A DNA stretch of 64,000 nt from Bacteroidota bacterium (GCA_025963715.1 JAOQAG010000026.1:80327-144326), one strand, 5' to 3'. Positions 50,029 to 60,208 are shown, counted from the stretch's first letter. The notes: generated from the letters alone by a model not told the origin. A program made the numbers and translations.

Positions 50029-51165
50029 ATGATAAAGTTTTTAGTTTACATTGCCATTATTCTGACAGTTCTTGCAGTTGGCTATTTAGTTCGTGTGTTT
50101 GAACTTGCATCCAGTTTAAAAGGCAAAAAACCGGAAGAGGTAACAGAAAAAGACAATCGTTTGATGGGCCGGATCATGCTTGCATTCGTGATTGCTTTGT
50201 TCTGTTTTGTAGGATGGCAATTAAAAAGCTACGGCTGGAGAACACTTCCTGAAGCGGCTTCTGCTCATGGTAAAGATCTTGACTGGCTGTTTAATTTCAA
50301 CATGGCCATCCTGTGGTTTGTATTTGTTGTTACTCACATCTTATTGTTCTATTTCGCTTACAAATATTACGGTAAAAAAGATAACCGCGCTACTTATTTC
50401 CCGCATGATAACCGTTTAGAGATGATCTGGACTGTGATCCCTGCAATTGTATTAGCGGTGATCGTGATCTACGGTATTAAAACATGGAACACCATTACAG
50501 CTGTTGCTGATCCTAACTCACAGGTGATCGAGCTGTATGCAAAACAATTTGACTGGACAGCCCGTTACTCCGGAACAGACAATACACTGGGTGATGCTAA
50601 TTACAAACTGATCACTTCTACTAATGACCTTGGTATGGATTCTACCAGCAAAGCTGGTCAGGATGATTTTATTGTGAAAAACGAATTGCATCTTGTTGTA
50701 AACAAAGAAGTGGAATTTAAATTCAGATCACGCGATGTTATTCACAGCGCTTATTTCCCTCACTTCCGTGCACAAATGAACTGTGTACCGGGTATGACCA
50801 CCATGTTGCACTTCACTCCTACGATTACTACTGCGGACATGCGTAAAAATCCGGAAGTGATGAAACAAATGGCGGCAATCAATGCTATAAGAAAACAACG
50901 CGTAATCGGAGATGCTGATTACAAACCGGGAGACGATAAACCTGTAGAATTTGATTACATCTTATTGTGTAACAAAATCTGTGGAAACAGTCACTATAAC
51001 ATGCAAATGACTGTTATTGTAGAGACTCAGGCTGAATACGATGCATGGGTAAAAAAACATCCACCGTTCTATGCAAAAGAAGCAGCTCCTGCTCCGGCAA
51101 CACCTGCAGCTCCGGCAGCAGCATCGGCTGATCAGAAAGCAGAAAAAGCAGTTGCAAGCAAATAA
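50029..51165 (+). CDS. coxB: Cytochrome c oxidase subunit II (CuA), with no fused cytochrome c domain
   Basis: Two N-terminal TM helices. CuA motif HSAYFPHF...CNKICGNSHYNM. Ala/Pro-rich C-terminal tail. No CxxCH. Confidence 0.85.
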   Translation: MIKFLVYIAIILTVLAVGYLVRVFELASSLKGKKPEEVTEKDNRLMGRIMLAFVIALFCFVGWQLKSYGWRTLPEAASAHGKDLDWLFNFNMAILWFVFVVTHILLFYFAYKYYGKKDNRATYFPHDNRLEMIWTVIPAIVLAVIVIYGIKTWNTITAVADPNSQVIELYAKQFDWTARYSGTDNTLGDANYKLITSTNDLGMDSTSKAGQDDFIVKNELHLVVNKEVEFKFRSRDVIHSAYFPHFRAQMNCVPGMTTMLHFTPTITTADMRKNPEVMKQMAAINAIRKQRVIGDADYKPGDDKPVEFDYILLCNKICGNSHYNMQMTVIVETQAEYDAWVKKHPPFYAKEAAPAPATPAAPAAASADQKAEKAVASK

Positions 51166-51218
51166 TTGAGATTGAGAATAAAACGTAAAAATTAACAAAC
51201 AACAATAAAGTATAAAAT

Positions 51219-53045
51219 ATGTCAATGGAGAATCACGGTCATCAGGAACATCACGGAAGCCAAGAACATCATGGAGACCACGATGAGCATCATCATGAAG
51301 AATCTTTTGTGAGCAAATACATTTTTAGTATGGATCACAAAACCATTTCACGCCAGTTTTTAGTAACTGCCGTGATCATGGCCACATTTGCAATGATCAT
51401 GTCAATGCTATTCCGTTTACAATTAGCATGGCCGAGCCATCACTTTGCTTTTATCAACTGGATCTTAGGTGATAAAATGGGTAAAGACGGAGTATTGGAG
51501 CCGGGAATGTACATGGCATTGGTAACTATCCACGGTACAGTAATGGTGTTTATGGTATTAACAGGCGGATTGAGCGGTACGTTCAGTAACCTGCTGATCC
51601 CTTACCAGATCGGTGCACGTGATATGGCATCCGGATTTTTGAATATGTTATCTTACTGGTTCTTCTTCTTATCAAGTGCAGTGATGATGGCTTCGTTCTT
51701 TATTGAAACAGGCCCTGCATCCGGTGGTTGGACGGTTTACCCTCCATTAAGCGCATTACCGCAGGCAATGGACGGATCTAAATTAGGGATGACTTTCTGG
51801 TTGGTATCCATGACATTGTTCATTGTATCTTCTTTATTGGGTGGATTGAACTACATCATCACGATCCTGAACTTACGTACGAAAGGGATGACGATGACAC
51901 GCCTGCCATTAACGATCTGGGCATTCTTTGTTACTGCGATCTTAGGTGTTTTATCTTTCCCTGTATTGTTATCTGCTGCGCTGTTGCTGATCTTCGACAG
52001 AAGCTTTGGTACATCGTTCTACTTATCTGATATTTACATTGGCGGACAAGCCCTGGAACAAACCGGTGGTAGCCCGATCCTGTATCAGCATTTATTCTGG
52101 TTCTTAGGTCACCCGGAGGTATACATCATCATCTTACCTGCATTGGGTTTAACATCAGAGATCATTTCTGTAAATGCCCGCAAGCCGATCTTCGGTTACC
52201 GCGCGATGATCGGTTCGATCATGGCCATCGGTTTCTTATCGTTCATCGTTTGGGGTCACCACATGTTCATTACCGGTATGAATCCGTTCTTAGGGTCTGT
52301 ATTCGTATTTACAACATTATTGATCGCGATCCCATCTGCTGTAAAAGCATTTAACTACATCACTACATTATGGAAAGGTAACATCCGTTTTACACCGGCA
52401 ATGCTGTTTGCGATCGGTTTGGTTTCTACCTTTATCTCCGGTGGTTTAACCGGGATCATCCTTGCGGATTCTGCACTGGATATTCCAATCCACGATACGT
52501 ATTTTGTGGTTGCTCACTTCCACATTGTAATGGGTGTGTCGGCGATCCTGGGAATGTTGGCGGGTGTTTATCACTGGTTCCCAAAAATGTTCCTGCGCCA
52601 CATGAATAAAAAATTAGGTTATGTTCACTTCTGGTTAACGTTTGTATCTGCTTACGGGGTATTCTTTCCGATGCACTTCTTAGGATTGGCCGGTGTACCA
52701 CGCCGTTATTATTCAAACACTGCGTTCCCGATGTTCGATAACTTGATCGACATTAATATTCTGATCACTTGTTTCGCGATATTGGGTGGTTTGGCACAGT
52801 TGATCTTCCTGTTCAACTTCTTCTATTCGATGTTCCGCGGACCAAAATCGGAACAAAACCCCTGGAATGCAAATACATTGGAATGGACAACACCAATGGC
52901 GCATACACACGGAAACTGGCCTGGTGCATTACCGGTAGTTCACCGCTGGCCATACGATTACAGCAAGCCTGGCAAAGAGCTTGATTACGTTCCACAAACG
53001 GTTCCGTTAGCGGAAGGTGAAGTGGACGGCGGAGGCCACCACTAA
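51219..53045 (+). CDS. ctaD: Cytochrome c oxidase subunit I (haem-copper oxidase, aa3 type) with a His-rich N-terminal extension
   Basis: 608 aa, 12+ TM helices. Conserved His ligands (…WFLGHPEVYII…, …HHMF…, …HDTYFVVAHFH…). The N-terminus is MSMENHGHQEHHGSQEHHGDHDEHHHEE. Confidence 0.9.
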   Translation: MSMENHGHQEHHGSQEHHGDHDEHHHEESFVSKYIFSMDHKTISRQFLVTAVIMATFAMIMSMLFRLQLAWPSHHFAFINWILGDKMGKDGVLEPGMYMALVTIHGTVMVFMVLTGGLSGTFSNLLIPYQIGARDMASGFLNMLSYWFFFLSSAVMMASFFIETGPASGGWTVYPPLSALPQAMDGSKLGMTFWLVSMTLFIVSSLLGGLNYIITILNLRTKGMTMTRLPLTIWAFFVTAILGVLSFPVLLSAALLLIFDRSFGTSFYLSDIYIGGQALEQTGGSPILYQHLFWFLGHPEVYIIILPALGLTSEIISVNARKPIFGYRAMIGSIMAIGFLSFIVWGHHMFITGMNPFLGSVFVFTTLLIAIPSAVKAFNYITTLWKGNIRFTPAMLFAIGLVSTFISGGLTGIILADSALDIPIHDTYFVVAHFHIVMGVSAILGMLAGVYHWFPKMFLRHMNKKLGYVHFWLTFVSAYGVFFPMHFLGLAGVPRRYYSNTAFPMFDNLIDINILITCFAILGGLAQLIFLFNFFYSMFRGPKSEQNPWNANTLEWTTPMAHTHGNWPGALPVVHRWPYDYSKPGKELDYVPQTVPLAEGEVDGGGHH

Positions 53046-53067
53046 GGTTTAAAAAATATTTTAAGAG

Positions 53068-53099
53068 ATCCCTGAGCAGTAATGTTCGGGGATTTTTGT
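53068..53099 (+). terminator. Probable Rho-independent terminator after ctaD
   Basis: ATCCCTGAGC-agtaat-GTTCGGGGAT (with G-U pairs) followed by TTTTTG. Confidence 0.45.
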
Positions 53100-53139
53100 T
53101 TTCCGCGGGGTTGTGTTTACTGTATGTTGTTTCTCTCGG

Positions 53140-53340
53140 AGACGCGGAGAATGCGGAGACGGATGAATGCTGTATTTATTCTGTGTGCTTGTTTCTTGCA
53201 AAGGCCGCAAAGAACACAGAGGTTATACAGATGCTGCGTGTATAATCTCGCGGAGACGCAGAGAACGCGGAGACGGGTGTAAGCTATATAATTAATTTTC
53301 TCGCAAAGGCGCTAAGAACGCAAAGGCTGTGTAATTGTTT
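53140..53340. repeat. Cluster of family F-related short repeats (cgcggagacgcagagaacgcggagacgg; gcaaaggccgcaaagaacacagagg; ctcgcaaaggcgctaagaacgcaaagg)
   Basis: The same words (cgcagag, cgcaaag, cacagag) recur as in 5349-5400, 20108-20165, 27320-27365 and 30197-30320. There is an internal direct repeat of ctcg/ggagacgc(g/a)gagaa(t/c)gcggagacgg at 53147-53176 and 53252-53278. Confidence 0.6.
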
Positions 53341-53421
53341 TTTTAGATTATCCTCTGTGAAACTCCTTTTACTCTGCATACTCTGTGTTAAATCCTGAAT
53401 TGATATCGTTATCTTTGTACT

Positions 53422-54099
53422 GTGGGAAAACAAAAATTCATACTTCTGCTTTTTTTCTTTGCGTTGGTTTACAGCCAATCCAAAGCGCAACCCACACTGG
53501 ACACGATCAAATTTTGTTTGAAACAAAAACCGCATTTATTTGCGAAGCTGGATTCCCGCAACTCCTTTATTGATAATAGCCTGGTAAATGTATTTGGCCT
53601 AAAGGCCGGGATTCGTTATTATAAAAGGCTGAGTTTTAGTTTAGGTTATTACCAATTGTACAATCCACCAAAAAGTTTTAGTGAAGATGTGCATTACATC
53701 AATTCTCACGGAAGTGAATACATTATCCGGAAGGGATTGAAGATGTATTATTTTTCGGCGAACATGGAGTATGCGTTTTACCAGACAAAACACTGGGAGC
53801 TAAGTATGCCGCTGCAGATCGGGATCGGAAAAACGTATTATCAATACAGCGCAGAAGGAACAAAATACAAAACCAACGAGCTTATTAATTTTATTTACGA
53901 ACCAACGATCGCGATCGATTATAAAATTATCAAATGGGTGGGCGTGAATGCAGCATTTGGTTATCGCTTTATGGTGGCGCAAAACGGGCGGTTTAACACG
54001 GAGTTTAATTCGCCGATCGTTACGTTTGGGATCTCTATTTATTACAGTGAGATCGTGAAATCACTTTTTCCAAAAAGTAAGATCGCGAAGAGGATGTAG
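53422..54099 (+). CDS. Hypothetical secreted protein (possible small outer-membrane beta-barrel); GTG start
   Basis: Signal peptide …LVYSQSKAQ. Tyr-rich alternating pattern. 225 aa. Confidence 0.45.
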   Translation: MGKQKFILLLFFFALVYSQSKAQPTLDTIKFCLKQKPHLFAKLDSRNSFIDNSLVNVFGLKAGIRYYKRLSFSLGYYQLYNPPKSFSEDVHYINSHGSEYIIRKGLKMYYFSANMEYAFYQTKHWELSMPLQIGIGKTYYQYSAEGTKYKTNELINFIYEPTIAIDYKIIKWVGVNAAFGYRFMVAQNGRFNTEFNSPIVTFGISIYYSEIVKSLFPKSKIAKRM

Positions 54100-54109
54100 C
54101 TTTACCACC

Positions 54110-54311
54110 GAACTGTGCGTTTTTGAACCACAAAAGGAAACAAAAAAAGCAAAAGGCGTGACTCAATGCTGGCGATTGCTATGTGTAAAATATTTCCTGA
54201 GCTGTGTGTTTTTTGAACCACAAAGAAAACAAAAAGGCATGGCTGATCTTATAGTATGTATAACGGATTTCCTGTGCTGCATTCGCACGAACCCTGTCAG
54301 GGTATTTTTTT
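54110..54311 (+). repeat. Two ~45-bp direct repeats (CTGTG.GTTTTTGAACCACAAA.GAAAACAAAAA.GGC.TG at 54110-54158 and 54202-54245), then a terminator hairpin (54291-54311)
   Basis: Terminator is ACCCTG-tc-CAGGGT followed by ATTTTTTT. No ORF. Confidence 0.5.
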
Positions 54312-54345
54312 AAATGGAGTTATTAAATAATATTGAATGATCCGG

Positions 54346-56552
54346 TTAGATCTTAATTCCGATAACGAGCACATCATCCACCTGCTCGATGGTTCCGCGC
54401 CAGTTTTCAAACAGATCGTAAAGGTCTTGTTTTTGTTTTTCAGGTGAATGAACTGATCCATTCAATAAAGTTTCCTTAAAGTTTTTGCTCATCAATTTTT
54501 TTCCCTTGTCGCCCCCGAACTGATCGGAAAAGCCATCGGTAAATGTGTACACCCTATCGCCTTTTTGCAGTTGAACGGTTTGAAGCCGGAACGGTTTTAA
54601 TTCGCCCTGGTGTATACCCACAGGAAATTTATCGGCTTTATATTCGATCACTTCGTCGTTGCGGATGATGATGAGCGGATTATTTGCGGCAGCAAACTGC
54701 AGTATCAATGAATCAAAATCAAAGAGGCACAATACGGCATCCATTCCGTCTCTTGCTGTGTTATCGGTTCCATCGGGATTTAACGCTTTGATAATTTCTG
54801 TGCGCACTTCCCGGAAGATCAGATCGGGTTGTGTAATTCTGCGTTCGTTCACGGTTTCGTTGAGCTTGGAAATATTGAGCAAACTCATGAATGCCCCGGG
54901 AACACCATGCCCGGTACAATCGCAGGTGGCCAATAAAAATTTATTATCAGTTGTTTTTTGCGCCCAGTAAAAATCGCCGCTAACAATGTCCTTCGGTTTA
55001 TACAGCACAAAATGTTCGGGCAGGTTATTTTTTAATGTATTCGCGGAAGCGAGCAATGCACCCTGGATACGCTTTGCATAATGAATGGAATCGAGGATCT
55101 CTTTGTTTTTTTCTTCGATGATTTCTTTCTGTTGTGTGATCTCGATGTTTGCTTTTTTCTTTTCGCGGTAACGCCTGAACGAAATAAAGGCAAGCACCAA
55201 TACGAGCAGTAAACCTGCAATGGCGGTGTAATTAACAATGCGCTGGCGCACAATTTTTGCATCTTTTAATTCCTGATCTTTCGTAAGAATGTCGATCTCA
55301 TTTTGTTTTTTATCAGCATCGTACATGGCCTGCATTTGGCCAATACGCTTATTGATGGCATCGTTGTTAAGTGAATCGGAAAGCTCCTGTATTTTTTTCT
55401 GATATAAAAATGCATTTTCATAATCTTTGGAAGCGGAATAAACAGTTGCAAGCGTGGTATAGCTGTTCTTCAACTCGTCCATATCACCGGAATCCTTGCT
55501 GAGCGCTAATCCTTTCAGAGCTGATTCTTTGGCTTGTGCATATTTTCCCTGCAGGGTATAAATGTCTGCAATAGACATATAACAGCGGGATGCGTAATCG
55601 TTATTTTGGCCTTTTAGTGCGGCATTAAGCGCCACAGTTTCGTATTGAAGGGCTTTATCATATTCTTTTTTACTGGTATAAACGATCCCAATATTGTGCA
55701 ATACCATAAAGGTGGAAGGTTCCATCCCGATTGTTTTGTACAGCCGTAAGGATTGATTATAGAATTCCAATGCACGATCCAGGTTTTTCAATTCCCTGTT
55801 AACAATGCCAAGATTATTATATATGTTGGCAAGCATCTCATCTCTTTTTGCGGTTTTAAAAATACCGAGTGCTTTTAAATAATATTCTTCGGCCAATTTA
55901 TTTTGTGCCTGATCCTGGTATACCTGCCCGATATTGACATAGATATAACCGTCCTGTACATTGTCTTTGAGCTGCTTATTGGCCTGGAGCGCATCAAATA
56001 AATAATCGAGTGATTTGCTGTAATCACTCAGATTCTGATAGACGACTGCTAAATTTGTTTGTGCTGTAATTTCGGCGGCGTATAAATTGGTTTCTTTTGC
56101 TTTCTCGATGCCGATCTTATAGTAGCGTTCAGCCTTTGCATAATCTGCCATATCGAGGTACACGTTGGCAAGGTTGATGTATGTTTTTGCCTGCCCGGCG
56201 GTTTGTCCAAGCTGGATGCGGATCTGCAGGTTCTTTTTAAAATAACCGATGGCCTTATCAAAATTCCCGGAACTCCTGTTGATGATGCCAAACAAGCTGT
56301 ATGCAGAGCAATACCTTCGGTATAATTTATTTTTTGAGCAAGGGATAATGCATCTCCTGCGTATTTTTCGGATAGCTGCAGGTCGGAGTACGAATACTCC
56401 CAGCCAATATCGATCATGGTATTGATGCGCGCCGTATCCTGTGTTTCTGCCTTGAGCACGTGCAGCAAACTATCCACTACTTGTGCATTGGCAATGTGCA
56501 TACAGAAGAAGGTGAATAAAATAAATCCTGTTTTTTTAGCGACGTTTTTCAA
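54346..56552 (-). pseudogene. TPR-repeat / TM / SpoIIE(PP2C) phosphatase gene interrupted by a 1-nt frameshift near 56296-56310; pseudogene or sequencing error
   Basis: The N-terminal 83 codons (signal peptide plus first TPR, ORF 56552-56304) are in one frame. The rest (54346-56295: TPRs, TM helix, SpoIIE domain with CDCTGHGVPGAFMS) is in the +2 frame. Both parts are collinear with the intact paralogue at 61296-63416. Confidence 0.6.
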
Positions 56553-56576
56553 TTCTATTGTTTAGTATTATCAAAT

Positions 56577-56607
56577 ATAAAAAATCCCGATGACATAAGC
56601 ACCGGGA
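56577..56607 (-). terminator. Rho-independent terminator of the adhesin gene; a -7 TATATTTG (minus strand, 56572-56579) for the downstream TPR-SpoIIE gene follows it
   Basis: Minus-strand hairpin TCCCGGTGCTTATGTCATCGGGA followed by TTTTTT. Confidence 0.6.
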
Positions 56608-56641
56608 CTTTTACAATCAAAAACTCAAATCAAACCTTAAC

Positions 56642-59600
56642 TTATTGTTGCGCTAACAGGGTAACGTGTCCCGTGTAATCGTGCAATCGCTGTTCGAAAT
56701 CACGCACGGTTATTTTGTAAACATAAACGCCATTTTCGGAGATCTTGCTGCCGTTCTTTACAGTTCCGTTCCAACCGTTCTTTATATCGTTGGTTTGGAA
56801 GATCAATTCGCCCCAGCGATCAAAGATCATCATTTTAAATTCGGAGATCTGGTCGCCTTTGGCTGTAAAATAATCGTTGGTACCGTTTTCATCCGGCGTA
56901 AACGCGTTTGGAATGTACAGTGTAAACAATGGTTTTATTTGTACGACCTCCGAAACCGAATCGAGGCAACCGGCGCTGCTGGCGGTAAAAAGTTTTACTT
57001 TGTAATCACCTTGCTGCGCATACGTATGCTCCGGATCATTATCGGTGGATGTGGCACCATCGCCAAAATCCCATTGATACGTAGCTGCATTCACCGAGAT
57101 ATTATTGAATTTATACACAGGGCTGATAGTTGTTCCATCCATTGCTTCCGATGTAAATTGTGCCAGGGAACCGGCATTAACAGTTACATTGTTTGCCACG
57201 CTTGCCGTATTCACACATCCGAAAAGCGACGTAACAATTACTGTAACATTATACACGCCGGTGGTGGTGTAGCCATGAACGGGGCTTGCAATACTGGCTG
57301 TGGCGCCATCGCCAAAATCCCAATTGTAAGCAGCACCTGTGTTGGTGGGAGAATGATCTGTAAAATTCAATTGCACTTCTTTACAACCAACTGCAGCCTG
57401 GGGCACTATATCGATCACCGGCAAAGGGTTTACTGTGACCGGAACAGATCCGGTCACTGCATTTCCACATGCATCGGTAACGGTAACAATATAGTTGGTT
57501 GAATTGGCCGGAGAAACTGTGAACGGCCCGTTTCCGCCGCCAAGACTATTGCTCCAGCTGACGGTAACCGGGCCGGTTTGCCCGGCTACGGCCGAACCAA
57601 TAACTGCAGCATTTCCATAACAGATGGCTGTAGCACCTGTAACGGTAAGGTTTGCAGCAGTTAAAGAAGTAACTGTAATGGCAAGTGTTGCTGTGTTGCT
57701 GGTGCAGCCGTTTGCATCGGTTGCTGTAACATTGTACACGGAAGAGCTAACCGGGCTAACGGTTTGCGTTGCGCCCGCTCCTACTCCGGTCCAGTTGTAG
57801 GAATATCCGGGATTACCGCCGGAAGCTGCCGCTGCGATGGTTGTGTTTTGTCCGAGGCAAATGGTGGTGCCGCCTGTTGCAGTAACCACAACCGGTGCAG
57901 GTTGTGTAACTGCCAGTGTTGAGCTGGCGCTGCAACCATTTGCATCGGTTACATTGATGGTGTATGTACCCGGGCACAAGCCGTTTGCAGCCGGGCTGGT
58001 ACCGCCATCGGGCAACCATTGATAGGAGTAAGAGGGTGAACCACCTGCGGGAATAACAACGGTTTGTCCGTTACAGGCACCGTTACAGGTGACAGGAAAT
58101 GCCGCTGTTGAGAGTGTTAAAGCAGGTGGTTCTGTGATGGTCACAAACGATGTGGCGATACAACTATTCGCATCTGTGACGGTTACAAAATAATTTCCGG
58201 GAGCCAATGCGTTTACAGATTGTGTACTTGTGGCCGGGCTGGTGGTCCAGTTATAACTGTATGCTCCGGTTCCGCCGGATGCACCCACGGTTGCAAATCC
58301 ATCGGCGAGGCCGTTACAAGTTACATTGTGAACGATCATGGCATTGGCATTTAATGCGGCAGGCTGTGTGATTGTAATGCCTGTTACGGCAGCATTACAG
58401 CCGTTTGCATCGGTAATTGTTGCCGTATAATTTGCTGCATTTAAATTGGTTGCCGTAGGCGTGATTTGCACCGGCGTTGTATTCCACGCGTACGTGTATG
58501 GAGCTGTACCACCTGTAGTGGCAATGCTTGCAGAACCATTGGCTGATCCATTGCAGGAAACATTTACCTGCGAAGTGGAATAAGTTATTGGCGCAAGCGG
58601 TTGTGTAATGCTTACTGAACTGTTGGTAACGCAGCCATTGCCGGTAGTTACAGAAAAGTTGTATGTGCCGGGAGTCAGGCTGGTAATGGATGATGTGGTA
58701 GCACCGTTTGACCAGTGATAAATATACGGTGCTAATCCACCTGTAACGTTTGCAGTAGCAACACCTGTTCCTGCTCCAAAACAGCTTACGTTGGTAGAAT
58801 TGATGACAACATTTGCAGGCGCTGCACCGCTTGCTACTAGTATACTTGCAGAGCCTGTGCAGCCACCGGAACCTGTTACGTTAATGGTATAAATACCTGC
58901 GGCAAGCGTTCCCGCCGTGATGCCGGTTCCGCCGGAAGGCAGCCATTGGTAGGTATAAGGGCCACTTCCTGAAAGAATTTGAACAGTGGCTGTACCATTG
59001 GATGCGTTGCAATTATCGGGGGTTGAAACGGTATTTAAGATGACGCCTGTGACGCTGATGCAAAATGAAAATGTTTGACTTCCGTTAAAAGGACAATTAT
59101 CATCGCGGACGGTAACGGTAAAACAATTGGATGCGTTACCGATATCGGTGATGGATGGTGTCCAGCTGAAAGTACCGGTTGGACGGGCGCCACCGCTGGA
59201 AGTAAATGTTCCGGCTGCGATACCGCTGTTCCAGGTAATGGTTACATTTTGAGTAGAATCAAGATCATAGGTTGGTATATTAAAATTGATAGGTACGCCT
59301 GCGCAGGCGGTTAATGAATATTGACCGGAGTTGTTAATGCCGTTCACATACGGATTATTGTTGGTGCAGGTCATGGTTCGCAATTGAATATCGCGCATGA
59401 CGCTGCCGACAAGAACTTCCTGGCGCCATTCTTTTACGAGAACTGTAAATACGGTTACTTCTAATTGTGTTGGTGTCATGCACATATCACCGGTTAAGGG
59501 ATTGAATGCAACTGCGGGCGAAGAGAGTAATGGTTGTGTTGCAGAATAGGGTGCAATGTAAGAAACGGTTGAAGTAGCACTGGTTTCGGGCGTAATGAGT

Positions 59601-60208
59601 GTATAGGATAATGAGTCGCCATCAATATCGGATGAACCGTTGTTAAAACAATACGGCTGGCCGATACAGACAAAGGGGATTGGCGGATTAGAAAATGTGG
59701 GAGAGCTGTTGCAGGGGAAATCCAGGTTATTTAAGAATGCTTCGATGTACATGTTTTCGGACGATGGGTTGAGGATGGTTCCGATGGATGTATTACGGCA
59801 GCAGATGCTGAAACTAAAATGCCAGTCGCTGCAGGCCATGGGTAACGTAGTAACTCCTGTGTATTTATATTCCTGTACGCCGGGATAAACACCTCCGGCA
59901 CAAACTGAGGTTAGTGATGAACAGATGGGGGATACATCCGTTCCGGTTCCGGGAATTTGATTGAGCGTAAGGTCGAAGTTTGGTCCGCAGGAAGCAGACG
60001 AAATATTTATGGTAACAGTATTGGGAGCGGCAACTCCCGCACAGTCGCGGTAGAAGGAGAGATTGATGCGGTATTGATTTCCGCCGAGGCATTGGTAAGT
60101 GATATCTGCGCTTTGAGCATGTGATGCAAAGGCCTCATTTTGTGATTGGATAAACATTAAAATGAAACTGATCCAAAAGAAAACTTTGTGTTTTAAATGC
60201 GTATTCAT
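56642..60208 (-). CDS. Large secreted adhesin-like protein with SprB repeats and PKD domains, ending in a T9SS type-B C-terminal domain (gliding-motility-associated CTD)
   Basis: 1188 aa. Signal peptide. Cys-rich N-domain. ~8 SprB-type repeats (…PYTYQWLPSGGTG…GIYTINVTGSGGCTGSA…). Two PKD-like segments (YNWDFGDGAT…, YQWDFGDGAT…). C-terminus LYIPNAFTPDENGTNDYF…IFDRWGELIF…GVYVYKI…GHVTLLAQQ. Confidence 0.85.
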   Translation of the reverse strand: MNTHLKHKVFFWISFILMFIQSQNEAFASHAQSADITYQCLGGNQYRINLSFYRDCAGVAAPNTVTINISSASCGPNFDLTLNQIPGTGTDVSPICSSLTSVCAGGVYPGVQEYKYTGVTTLPMACSDWHFSFSICCRNTSIGTILNPSSENMYIEAFLNNLDFPCNSSPTFSNPPIPFVCIGQPYCFNNGSSDIDGDSLSYTLITPETSATSTVSYIAPYSATQPLLSSPAVAFNPLTGDMCMTPTQLEVTVFTVLVKEWRQEVLVGSVMRDIQLRTMTCTNNNPYVNGINNSGQYSLTACAGVPINFNIPTYDLDSTQNVTITWNSGIAAGTFTSSGGARPTGTFSWTPSITDIGNASNCFTVTVRDDNCPFNGSQTFSFCISVTGVILNTVSTPDNCNASNGTATVQILSGSGPYTYQWLPSGGTGITAGTLAAGIYTINVTGSGGCTGSASILVASGAAPANVVINSTNVSCFGAGTGVATANVTGGLAPYIYHWSNGATTSSITSLTPGTYNFSVTTGNGCVTNSSVSITQPLAPITYSTSQVNVSCNGSANGSASIATTGGTAPYTYAWNTTPVQITPTATNLNAANYTATITDANGCNAAVTGITITQPAALNANAMIVHNVTCNGLADGFATVGASGGTGAYSYNWTTSPATSTQSVNALAPGNYFVTVTDANSCIATSFVTITEPPALTLSTAAFPVTCNGACNGQTVVIPAGGSPSYSYQWLPDGGTSPAANGLCPGTYTINVTDANGCSASSTLAVTQPAPVVVTATGGTTICLGQNTTIAAAASGGNPGYSYNWTGVGAGATQTVSPVSSSVYNVTATDANGCTSNTATLAITVTSLTAANLTVTGATAICYGNAAVIGSAVAGQTGPVTVSWSNSLGGGNGPFTVSPANSTNYIVTVTDACGNAVTGSVPVTVNPLPVIDIVPQAAVGCKEVQLNFTDHSPTNTGAAYNWDFGDGATASIASPVHGYTTTGVYNVTVIVTSLFGCVNTASVANNVTVNAGSLAQFTSEAMDGTTISPVYKFNNISVNAATYQWDFGDGATSTDNDPEHTYAQQGDYKVKLFTASSAGCLDSVSEVVQIKPLFTLYIPNAFTPDENGTNDYFTAKGDQISEFKMMIFDRWGELIFQTNDIKNGWNGTVKNGSKISENGVYVYKITVRDFEQRLHDYTGHVTLLAQQ

